This document shows, one piece after another, positions 23,845 to 33,633 of a stretch of 34,052 nt of DNA; positions within the stretch are counted from its first letter, which is position 1; each line of letters starts with the position of its first letter. Origin of the DNA: Chiloscyllium plagiosum (taxonomy: Eukaryota); assembly GCF_004010195.1 (NCBI RefSeq), contig NC_057720.1, positions 9,930,385-9,964,436 on the forward strand, read 5' to 3'. Under the pieces are notes generated by a model. It ran no database searches. It was given only the letters and a program-made list of their open reading frames with translations, and was not told the DNA's origin. The translations under genes were made by a program, and so were the position numbers.

Positions 23845-24722
23845 AATCTCGCATCCAAGTTCAGCAGATAATAAGGAAGGCAAATGGAATTTTGGCCATT
23901 ATTTCAAATGGAATGAACTATAAAAATGGAAACCAAGCACAGACATTGCTGGTGAAACTCAGCAGGTCTGGCAGCATCTTTGGGGAGAAAACAGAGTTAA
24001 CATTTTGAATTTGGTGACTCTTATTAGAATTATTTGAATTAAAATCCCAATGTAAATGCCATATTGAGAAATCAGGAAGAGAAGGTCTAACAATATGGTT
24101 ATCTGGTAGATGACAAGGGCTGTACCAAAAATATTATTGTCCAAAAGAAAGAAAGTCCTGATGGTGTGTCACTGACGTTGACTCTGTTTTGTCGCTATTT
24201 TGAGATACCACCAGACCTGCTGAGTTTCTCCAGCAATTCCTGGTTTTGCTTCAGATCTCCACCATCCAGAGTTCTTTGTTTTATATATAAATAGGGAAGC
24301 TTTTCTAAAACTATACAAAGAATTAGTCAGATCACAGCTGGGATTCTGAGAGTAGTTTTGAACTTTTATCTAAGGAAACCATGAAGTCAAGGTGCCAGTG
24401 TTGGACTGGGGTGGACAAAGTTAAAAGTAGCACAACACCAGGTTATGGTCCAACAGGTTTGTTTGCAAGTACCAGCTTTCACAGCACAGCTTCCAAATAA
24501 ACCTGTTGGACTATAACCTGGTGTTGTGCTATTTTTAACTTTATCTAAGGAAAGACAGACTGACACTGGAGGCAGCCTAGATAAGGTTCACTACATTGAT
24601 GCCAGGTATGGATGGATATTTTGGCAATAAGAGAGGTTGAGTAGTTTGGGCTTGCACTAACTGAAGTGTGAAAAGCAACCTTTTTGAAACATCTAAAACT
24701 CTTAGGGGACTTGACAATGTAG
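23845..24722 (+). mobile_element. Old CR1 fragment split by two PLE-derived insertions (about 23930-24285 and 24379-24539)
   Basis: Decayed IRKANGILA..., KLYKELVRSQL and YLRKD...LMPGM peptides. The 23930-24285 insert has pLTR-like ends in opposite orientations. Confidence 0.65.
24379..24539. mobile_element. Palindromic family B pLTR mini-element with 14-bp TSD
   Basis: Arms 24417-24469 and 24490-24542 are near reverse complements. TTTATCTAAGGAAA occurs at 24365-24378 and 24540-24553. Confidence 0.9.
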
Positions 24723-24939
24723 ACCAAATGATTTAAAAAATTATCATCTCTTTAAAAATTATTTAAAGACATTTCTGATTGAAGTTAACTGAGGGGCCAA
24801 AAACTTGCACCTAACTTATTGTGCATGTAGATTTGCTGAAAGAAATGTTTCATTCATTTGTTTGCATCCCCACAGTTCAACAAGCCTGTTATCATCCCTT
24901 TAAAGCTTTGAGTACTTGTATTAATAGGTCTTTTATCAG

Positions 24940-25110
24940 CAGCTAATTTGACTAGAATACCAACAGCATGGGTTCAATCCCCATACTAGCCATACTGTTA
25001 GGTGGAGCCCCCTCCCCACCCTTGAGAAGAGGTACCTCTCAAGAGCTGCATAACCAGTCATCTCTCTCGAATGGACAGAGGTGCCTGTGGTTCTGGGTAA
25101 ACAGTGGTTA
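24940..25110 (+). mobile_element. Degenerate tRNA-derived SINE
   Basis: B-box-like GGGTTCAATCCCC; body diverged. Confidence 0.35.
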
Positions 25111-25622
25111 ATCAATGTACCTGCCACTCAATGTTGTCCTGATGTGTCAGCATCGATCACAAATCGCAACTCTCCAGGTCAATAGAGAGATCAAGAGTAC
25201 AACAGGTGCCAGTTGAGATGGGATTTCTCATGACGTTTCAGTGTTGTGGTCAAAATGCCACACTTGATTTCAGCCATGATTGAAGTCAATAGACTGATTC
25301 TAACTTGTACTAACAAAACCGTCCTCCACCCTTTCCCTCCTGATTTCCCTGAATATTTAGTTCCCAGCTTTGATCCAGTTCAATATTATACTTGTATTAA
25401 ATGATGTTTTCCAGTCATTAGATGCTACCAACAATTAACGACTGGTTTCTGAACACAAACAGGGAGACAACGGATACAAACTCTTAATTCTGTTTCTCCA
25501 AATGTCCCCCCTGAAGTTAGGTACGCCAAAGAAGGTGTATTTAGATACATTTCTCAAAGAAACAAAAACAATTGGCTTCAAAATTTTCTTGGTCTTATTT
25601 TATCTGTTCACCCAACATCACT

Positions 25623-25820
25623 GAATGAGCTGCCAGAGGATGTGGTGGAGGCTGATACAATTGCCACATTTAAGAGGCATCTGGATGGGTACATGAATAG
25701 GAAGGGTTTGGAGGGATATGGGCCGGGTGCTGGCAGGTGGGACTAGCTTGGGTTGGGATATCTGGTCGGCATGGATGGGTTGGACCGAAGGGTCTGTTTC
25801 CGTGCTGTACATCTCTATGG
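25623..25820 (+). mobile_element. CR1 (HER1-like) 3' tail
   Basis: GAATGAGCTGCCAGAGGATGTGGTGGAGGCTG...GGACCGAAGGGTCTGTTTCCGTGCTGTACATCTCTATG. Confidence 0.92.
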
Positions 25821-26219
25821 CTCGATGACTTTATCACTCCTGGCCTCATTAGCTCGTAGAAGTGGCACGTGGAACAGATATAAAGATGAAAAGAAAAATA
25901 ACTGATCAACTACAGTAACTTCATCTCCATCAACTCTTACCCCTGTAACTCTCTGAATCATGATCAAGGTCAGTATTTATTGATGGCGAGCTGCTTTCTT
26001 GAAACATTACCACCCAAGGGGCATAGACATACCCACAGGGCTGTGAGAAGAAGCAGTTTCAGGTTGTTGACCCCCATAAAAAAGGAAGGAACAGCTGATA
26101 TAGTCCCACGTCAGGATGTTGCGGGACCCAAAGGGGAATTTCCAGGTGCTGGCGTTCCATCTTGCCTGCTACCTTGTTCTTTCAGGTGTGATCTGAAGTT
26201 GCTGTTGAAAGAGGCTTAG

Positions 26220-26330
26220 AGACAAAAAAAACTGCAGATGCTGGAATACAAGGGAGACAAGCAGGAGGCTGGGAGAACACATTAAGCCAGGCAGCACCAG
26301 AAGGTGGTGAAGTCAATGTTTCAGGTGTAG
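26220..26330 (-). mobile_element. pLTR fragment with 11-bp TSD
   Basis: AAAACTGCAGATGCTGGA...GCCAGGCAGCA. AAGAGGCTTAG occurs at 26209-26219 and 26331-26341. Confidence 0.75.
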
Positions 26331-26493
26331 AAGAGGCTTAGCAAGTTGCAGCAGTGTATTTTGTAGCTAGTATACACTGCTGTTATAGCATTTCGATAAT
26401 GGAGGGAGCGCCTATTCAATGCGACTGATCAAGCTCTGTCCTGAATCTTATCGGGCTCTTCAAGTTTTATTGTAAATGCACTCATCCAGGCAA

Positions 26494-27110
26494 GACCATA
26501 AGACTATAAGACATAGGAGTGGAGGTAAGGCCATTCAGCCCATCGAATTCACTCCCCCATTCAATCATGGCTGATGGGCATTTCAACTCCACTTACCCGC
26601 ATTCGCCCCATATCCCTTAATTCCTTGCGAGATCAAGAATTTATCGATCTCTGTCTTGAAGACATTTAACATCCCGGCCTCCACTGTGCTCCGTGGCAAT
26701 GAATTCCACAGGCCCACCACTCTCTGCCTGAATTCCACAGGCCCATCCTCATTTCCGTTCTAAATTGACACCCTCTAATTCTAAGGCTGTCCCACTTAAC
26801 GGAAACAAATTCCCAACGTCCACCCTTTCTAAGCCATGCATTATCTTGTTAGTTTCTATTAGATTTCCCCTCAACCTTCTAAACTCTAATGAATACAATC
26901 CTGAGATCCTCAGCCGTTCATCGTATGTTAGGCCTACCATTCCAGGGATCAACCATGTGTATGTTCGCTGGACACACTCCAGTGCCAGTATGTCCTTTCT
27001 GAGGCATGGGACCCAAAATTGGACACCGTACTCCTAATGGGGCCTAACTAGAGCTTTATAAAGTCTCAGTAGCACATCGCTGCTTTTCTATTCCAACCCT
27101 CTTGAGATAA
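26494..27110 (-). mobile_element. CR1 LINE 3' end (different subfamily)
   Basis: MIPGMVGLTYDERLRISGLYSLEFRRLRGNLIETNKIMHG; tail on the plus strand GACCATAAGACTATAAGACATAGG. Confidence 0.9.
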
Positions 27111-27340
27111 ATGGAAAGTATTCCATTACACGCTTGACTTGTGCCTTGTAGGTATTGGAAAGAGTTTAGGGAGTTAGTAGGTAAGCTACTCATCACAGAA
27201 TTCCCAGCTTCTAACCATTTGTTGGAATATTTATATGGTTGGTCCAGTTCAATTATTTTGTGAAAGGTGACCCCGAGGATATTCATCGTAGACTCATTGA
27301 TTATAATGCAGTTGAATATCAATAGGAACTGAGTATGATG

Positions 27341-27512
27341 TTCTGGATTAGTGGTGCTGGAAGAGCACAGCAGTTCAGGCAGCATCCCTTCATGAAGGGC
27401 TTTTGCCCGAAACATCAATTTCAAAGCTCCTTGGATGCTGCCTGAACTGCTGTGCTCTTCCAGCACCACTAATCCAGAATCTGGTTTCCAGGCATCTGCA
27501 GTCATTGTTTTT
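27341..27512. mobile_element. Palindromic family A pLTR mini-element with perfect 47-bp arms and 13-bp TSD
   Basis: 27341-27387 is the exact reverse complement of 27433-27479. ACTGAGTATGATG occurs at 27328-27340 and 27513-27525. Confidence 0.92.
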
Positions 27513-28158
27513 ACTGAGTATGATGTACCTTGCTGGAGATGGCAAGGGACTGGCACTTGTGTGGCATGAACATTACTTGTCATTTAACATACCAACTGTG
27601 AATATTGTCCAGATCTTGCTACATGTGGGCAAGGGTCATCTGACTACCTGAAGGGTTTCAAGTACAACTGAAGTTTGTGTAATGATCAGTGAGCATCCTC
27701 ATTTCTTAAGCAGGAGGGAATGTCAGTGATGAAGCAGGTGAAGATGGTTGGGCCTAGGACACTACCCTGAAGAAATCCTGCAGAGATGTCCTGGAGCTGA
27801 GATGACTGACCACCGACATTCCTTTCTCCCTTTGTGCCAGGTATGACTCCACACAACAGAGACAATACTTTTCCCCTGATTCGCATTGACTCCAGCTTTG
27901 CTGAGGCTCCTTGAAGCCTCACTCGGTCAAATGCAGCCTCAATATCAAGGGCAGCCATTCTCGGCTCACCTCTGACCTGAGCTCTTTTGCACATGTTTGA
28001 ACTGAGGCTGTCATAAGGTCAGGAGCTGGGTGGCCCTGGCAGAACCCATCAGTCAGCTCGATGAGTAAGTGCCACTTGACAGTACTGATTATCAGAATAG
28101 AATGATTGGATGGTAATTAATTGCGTTAGACTTTTCTGCTTTTTGTGGATAAGGCACA

Positions 28159-29034
28159 GTGAGAAACCATAATGACGTCTTCAGGAGACAGACGTGGGCT
28201 GCAACCGATAGGATACCCTTCATTGCCCAGTACTTCCCGGGAGCCGAGAAACTACGCCATGTTCTTCGTAGCCTGAAGCACATTATCAATAAGAATGAGC
28301 ACTTCGATAAGTCCTTCCTTACGCCTCTACTTCTTGCCTTTAAGCAACCGCCAAACCTTAAACAGACGATTGTTTGTAGCAAACTGTCCAGCCTTCAGGA
28401 CAACATTGACCACAACACCATACAACCCTGTCATGGCAACCACTGCAAGACATGTCAGAATGTCGACACGGATACTGCCATTACGCGTGTGGACCCCACC
28501 CACCATGTACGCTGCAGGTGCTCGTGTGACTCAGCCAACGTTGTCTATCGCAATCGCTGCAGGCAAGGATGCCCCAAGGCATGGTACATTGGCGAAACCA
28601 AGCAGACGCTACGACAATGGATGAATGCACACCGTGCAACAATCACCAGCCAGGAATGTTCCTTCCCAATCAGAGAACACTTCAGCAGTCCAGGACATTC
28701 AGCCTCGCATCTTCGGGTGACCGTCCTCCAAGGCGGACTTCGGGATATGCAACAATGCAGAGTGGCCAAGCAGAGGTGATAGCCAAGTTCGGTACCCATG
28801 GGGATGACCTCAGCGGGGACCTTGGGTTCATGTCACACTACAGGTGACCCCACTGCGCGATACTCTCTCTCTCTCTCTCACATACACACACCCACATACG
28901 CACACTCTCTCTCGTACACATGCATACACCCCCCCACACTCACATCCACTGACAAGCTTATACTCCATCACACCCACACACACACTTTACCAAGCTTTCT
29001 CTCAAATGCATATACACACACACTTTCTCATGTG

Positions 29035-29078
<44 letters not shown>

Positions 29079-29606
29079 CACATGCAGACACATATAAATC
29101 TATGGGGTGAATTTGTATTTGCAGAACTATATTTACAGATACACTCTATTTTGCTCAAAAATGCACAATCTGCAGACAGTCAATGCAGGCAGTCAATCCA
29201 TGTAATATTTTGTAAATTCTACTTTAGAAATCGAACCAGTCTGACTCAAGGTTGGGATTCAGACAGACTTTAACCTCACACTTTTAACGCATTGTCTGAG
29301 CTGAGATGTCACCTTTTGTTATAAAACCTTAAGTTATCTCAACAAGGTGATTAAAAGAAATTCTGGGATTTACATGTTAATGAACTGAAACCTGCAACAC
29401 ATCCTAGAAGATAAAAGACGTTACAACAATCCAGATTTGGACAATGCATCAATTCAGTTACATGACACTGTCATCTTTGGCTATAAATTCTGTGTCGTGT
29501 GGTCTTATTCTCCATAACCACCTGATGAAGGAGCAGAGCTCCAAAAGCTAGTATTCCAAATAAACCTGTTGGACTATAACCTGGTGTTGTGTGATTGTGA
29601 ACTTTG
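28159..29606 (+). mobile_element. 5'-truncated PLE (probably Neptune-type): linker, GIY-YIG endonuclease, CT/CA microsatellite UTR, family B pLTR
   Basis: RIPFIAQYFPG...FKQPPNLKQTIV, a Cys cluster PCHGNHCKTC, then CDSANVVY...AWYIGETKQTLRQWMNAH...EHFSSPGH. Frameshift near 28776 to IAKFGTH...DLGFMSHYR* (28847). (TC)n at 29038-29075. Confidence 0.92.
29519..29553 (+). ncRNA. Minimal hammerhead-ribozyme-like motif (GAAA mutated to AAAA)
   Basis: CAC-CTGATGA-A-GGAGC-AGA-GCTCC-AAAA-GC-TA-GTA, located in the PLE terminal repeat. Confidence 0.65.
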
Positions 29607-29825
29607 GGCAATCTTTCACAATGGTGGCTAGATACAAGTTTTGTTACTGTACTGGAATAACCTGGCTTGCAGGGGGTGGGGGATAGCTATTTCTGGAGCA
29701 TTTGTATTCAGGAATGCATCCGGAACATTGTCAGTCCCCATTGTCTTTTGCAGCAGTCCTCCTTTCACAAGGAGAAAATTGGACTGGCTGGCATCTTTGC
29801 TGGGAACATCAGAAGATCATCTGAT

Positions 29826-30125
29826 GGGCGGCACGGTGGCACAGTGGTTAGCACTGCTGCCTCACAGCGCCTGAGACCCAGGTTCAATTCCCGCCTCAGG
29901 CGACTGACTGTGTGGAGTTTGCACATTCTCCCTGTGTCTGCGGGGGTGTCTGTGAAGAGAACTCAAAGTACATTTCAATACTGCGGCGGTTTCCTCCCAC
30001 AATCCAAAGATGTGCAGGTCAGGTGAATGGGTAAATATAGGGGTATGGGTGGGTTGCGCTTCGGCGGGTCGGTGTGGACTTGTTGGGCCGAAGGGCCTGT
30101 TTCCGCACTGTAATCTAATCTAATC
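29826..30125 (+). mobile_element. HE1-like V-SINE, near full length
   Basis: GGCGGCACGGTGGCACAGTGGTTAGCACTGCTGCCTCACAGC, B-box GGTTCAATTCC, V-domain GTTTGCACATTCTCCC, CR1-type tail and (TAATC)n. Confidence 0.92.
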
Positions 30126-30861
30126 ATCCATTCAGCACTTCAAGCTGAAGATGTCTGCAAATACATTTGCCTTATCTATTTGCTTATCTTCACTTTCCCT
30201 TCACCGAGGATGGGAATATTCATAGACCCTCCGTCTTCCCATTAGCTGTTTAATTGTCTACCAACATTCCTGACTGTATATGGTAGGACTGCAGAGCTTT
30301 CATCTGGTCTGTCAGTTGAGGGTCACTTAGATGTGTCTATCCCATGTCCCTTCTGGTGTTTGGTAAAGAAGCAAATCCCCTGTTGTAGCTTCCACAAATT
30401 ACAGCAGGAAAAACAAATAGATGTGTGGACTGACACTACCAACCTTCTGAGAGCTGATCTAAAAAAACACATAAAGGATTTAAATCAAGGATGTTATTGA
30501 ATGGAGTTAGTTCATTCCTGTAACACAGCGAGATAAGAGAAATGCAATAATCAGTATCCGTCTTAAAACCCAATAAAATTGTGAGCTGTGGGACAATACA
30601 CAGTTGATATTTGAAACCCATTGTCTTTCTTTAAAAGAAATCGGGAAGCAAAATGAAGCTATATTGATTATGCTGTGTCAATAAAGAACCTATTTACAAC
30701 TGTCATTCATCAAGGATTGAAAAAACAGTTTTTCTCTAATATATTGTCTTTCATGACCTCAGGACGTCTTCACATGTCTTACAACCAATTTTAAAGTGCA
30801 GTCATTGTTGTAATATTGAAAGTGCAACTTTTCCACAGCAAGCCCCCAAAGCCTGAAATGT

Positions 30862-31066
30862 CAACAGTCACACAACACCAGGTTATAGTCCGTCAGGTTT
30901 ATTTGAAAGCTTTCAGGGAGCTTCTCCTTTGTCAGGTCACCTGAAGAAGGAGCGGCGTTCCAAAAGCTTGTGATTTCAAACAAACCTGTTGGACTATAAG
31001 TTGGTGTCACGTGACTGCTGACCTTATCCAGCCCAGTCCAACACCAGCACCTCCACGTCAAGACTC
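30862..31066. mobile_element. Inverted pair of family B pLTRs
   Basis: CACAACACCAGGTTATAGTCC...GGTTTATTTGAAA versus TTTCAAACAAACCTGTTGGACTATAAGTTGGTGTC; centre TCAGGT-C-ACCTGA. Confidence 0.85.
30936..30974 (+). ncRNA. Minimal hammerhead-ribozyme-like motif (GAAA mutated to AAAA)
   Basis: GTCAC-CTGAAGA-A-GGAGC-GGC-GTTCC-AAAA-GC-TT-GTGAT: stem I GTCAC/GTGAT, stem II GGAGC/GTTCC. Confidence 0.65.
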
Positions 31067-31154
31067 AAATGTAACAATGATCAGATAATGTTTTCTAAGT
31101 GATACCAAAGGAATGATAAATACTTTTCAGAGTATCAGGAGAACTTGCCTAATT

Positions 31155-31418
31155 AAAAAAAACGGAAATGATTGCGGATACTGTATAAATCAGAAACAAA
31201 AGCAGAAGTTGCTGGAAAACCTCAGCAAGTTTTTGGGCATTTAAACGAGCATTGGATAGGCATATGGAGGATAGTGGGCTAGTGTAGGTTAGGTGGGCTT
31301 GGATCGGCGCAACATCGAGGGCCAAAGGGCCTGTACTGCGCTGTATTCTTCTATGTTCTATGTTCTAAGTCTGGCAGCACCTGTGAAGAGAACTCAAAGT
31401 CAACATTTCTGGAAGGAC
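31155..31418 (-). mobile_element. pLTR fragment split by a plus-strand CR1-type tail (31231-31366, flanked by AAGT)
   Basis: GCTGGAAAACCTCAGCAAGT | insert ending TTCTATGTTCTATGTTCT | AAGTCTGGCAGCA; matches the uninterrupted copy at about 23945-23980. Confidence 0.8.
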
Positions 31419-31469
31419 CTGTTTGTATTTGAATAACTTTGTATTCCTCGCTCTGTTCAATCACTCTCT

Positions 31470-31553
31470 GATCTTTGTGTGATATAATCTGCATGCAAAA
31501 CAAAACTTTTCACTGTTCTTAGGTACATGTGACAATAATAAATCAAATCAAAT
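31470..31553 (+). mobile_element. Retroposon 3' tail (third family; minus-strand copies near 15674-15740 and 18133-18200)
   Basis: TTTTCACTG...ACATGTGACAATAA followed by a short tandem tail (AAATC)n. Confidence 0.55.
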
Positions 31554-31917
31554 CCACCTTGGTAAGTAGGAGGAATGAGATTTATCGGGGGAGATGGGAA
31601 CGTGGAATTCAAAATATGAAAGGATCAGACAGGATCTTACTGACTGGCAGAGCTGGTTGGAGGGCCCTGCTCCCATTTTACAGGCTCACATGTATCTGAA
31701 AAGGAAGAAAGTGCAATGTTATGGAAAGGAGGCAGAAAGAAAGGGACCATGTGGCATGCTCATTCATACACAGTGAGCCAAATGGCCTTGTTCTGTGCTG
31801 TATCAATTCTGCAAGTTTCAAATTGTTGTTTGACTCCTTGAAACTGGCCGAGAATACCTCAGAATGATTGAGAACCAGCTACAATGATCCTTGTTTTGCT
31901 TGTTCTCTCATAACAAG

Positions 31918-33633
31918 GAATCATGTACCCCTGACAAGCGGTTAGGAACCCTGTAGCCCCTGACAATCGGTTAGGAACCCTGTAGCCCCTGACAATCGGT
32001 TAGGAACCCTGTAGCCCCTGACAATTGGTTAGGAACCCTGTAACCCCTGACAATCGGTTAGGAACCCTGTACCCCTGACAATCGATTAGGAACCCTGTAG
32101 CCCCTGACAATTGGTTAGGAACCCTGTATCCCTGACAATCGGTTAGGAACCCTGTACCCCTGACAATCGATTAGGAACCCTGTAGCCCCTGACAATTGGT
32201 AAGGAATCCTCTACTGCTGACAATCATTTAGGAATCCTGTACCCTGACAATCGGTTACGAGTCCTGTACTCCGACAATCGGTTAGGAACCCTGTAACCCC
32301 TGACAATCGGTTAGGAACCCTGTACCCCTGACAATCGGTTAGGAACCCTGTAACCCCTGACAATCGGTTAGGAACCCTGTAGCCCCTGACAATCGGTTAG
32401 GAGTCCTGTACCCTGACAATCAGTTAGGAACCCTGTAACCCCTGACAATCGGTTAGGAGTCCTGTACCGCTGACAATCGGTTAGGAACCCTGTAGCCCCT
32501 GCAATCGGTTAGGAACCCTGTAGCCCCTGACAATCGGTTAGGAGTCCTGTAGCCCCTGACAATCGGTTAGGAGTCCTGTAGCCCCTGACAATCGGTTAGG
32601 AACCCTGTAGCCCTGACAATCGGTTAGGAGTCCTGTAGCCCCTGACAATCGGTTAGGAACCCTGTATCCCTGACAATCGGTTAGGAATCCTGTAGCCCCT
32701 GACAATCGGTTAGGAACCCTGTAACCCCTGACAATTGGTAAGGAATCCTCTACTGCTGACAATCATTTAGGAATCCTGTACCCTGACAATTGGTTAGGAG
32801 TCCTGTACTTCGACAATCGGTTAGGAACCCTGTAACCCCTGACAATCGGTTAGGAATCCTGTAGCCCCTGACAATCCTTGGGGACTCCTGTAGCCCGACA
32901 ATCGGTTAGAATCCTGGACCTCAAATAATCGGTGAGGAATCCTGTACCCCAACAATCAGTTAGGAATCCTGTACCCCTTACAACTGGTAATGAATCCTGT
33001 ACTGCTGACAATCGGTGAGGAATCCTGTACCCCATCAATCGGTGAGGAATCCTGTACCCCATCAATCGGTGAGGAATCCTGTTCCCATGACAATCGGTTA
33101 GGAATCCTGTATCCCGACAATCGTTAGAAACCTGGACCACAAATAATCGGTGAGTAATCCTGTACCCTGACAATCGGTTAGGAATCCTGTACCCTGACAA
33201 TCGGTTAAGAATTCTGTTCCCCTGTCAATAGGTTAGGAATCCTGTACACCGAGAATAAGTGAGGAATCCTGTATTCCGGACAATAGATTAGGCATACTAT
33301 ATCCCTGACAATTGGTTAGAATCCAATATCCATGAGAATCGTTGTGAAATCCTGTACACCTGACAATCGGTGAGGAAACCTGTACCGCTGACAATCGGTT
33401 AGGAATCCTGTACCGCTGACAATCATTTAGGAATCCTGTACCCTGACAATCGGTTAAGAGTCCTGTACTCCAACAATCGGTTAGGAACCCTGTAGCCCCT
33501 GACAATCGGTTAGGAGTCCTGGACTCCGACAATCGGTTAGGAACCCTGCACCCCCGACAATCGTTTAGGAAACCTGTACCACTGACAATCATTCAGGAAT
33601 CCTGTACCCGACAATCGGTGAGGCCTCGACAAT
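31918..33633. repeat. 27-29-bp minisatellite, consensus GGTTAGGAACCCTGTAGCCCCTGACAATC
   Basis: 29-bp period (GTTAGG at 31941 and 31970). Homogeneous on the left, more diverged after about 32870. Confidence 0.97.

Larger units (their letters stand above)
26030..30400 (-). mobile_element. Long degenerate LINE (same family as 17815-18628) hosting five nested insertions; outer boundaries approximate
   Basis: RT motifs AALDIEAAFDRV, QGSVLGPTIFTCFITD and KSNAINYHPI. The sequence rejoins across 26494-27110 (CTCATCCAGGCAA|ATGGAAAGTATTCCAT) and appears to resume at 29607. Confidence 0.7.

Noticed and set aside
26700..26745. Repeated TGAATTCCACAGGCCCA
   Set aside because: Small local slippage or repair duplication inside a dead CR1; no functional implication evident.
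27341..27479. Possible miRNA precursor or DNA-transposon MITE
   Set aside because: The arms are PLE terminal-repeat sequence, the element extends asymmetrically beyond the right arm, and the 13-bp TSD does not match common cut-and-paste families.
28159..28847. Domesticated GIY-YIG host gene
   Set aside because: No ATG start, a frameshift near 28776, and a typical PLE microsatellite and terminal repeat downstream; it is a truncated transposon copy.
29826..29900. tRNA-like A and B boxes
   Set aside because: Head of a SINE that continues into a V-domain and LINE-derived tail; not a tRNA gene.
30720..31150. Possible DeuSINE remnants (also about 15455-15545)
   Set aside because: Too diverged to call confidently by eye.
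31918..33633. CRISPR-like 29-bp repeats
   Set aside because: Head-to-tail tandem units with no unique spacers, no cas genes, and a vertebrate context.
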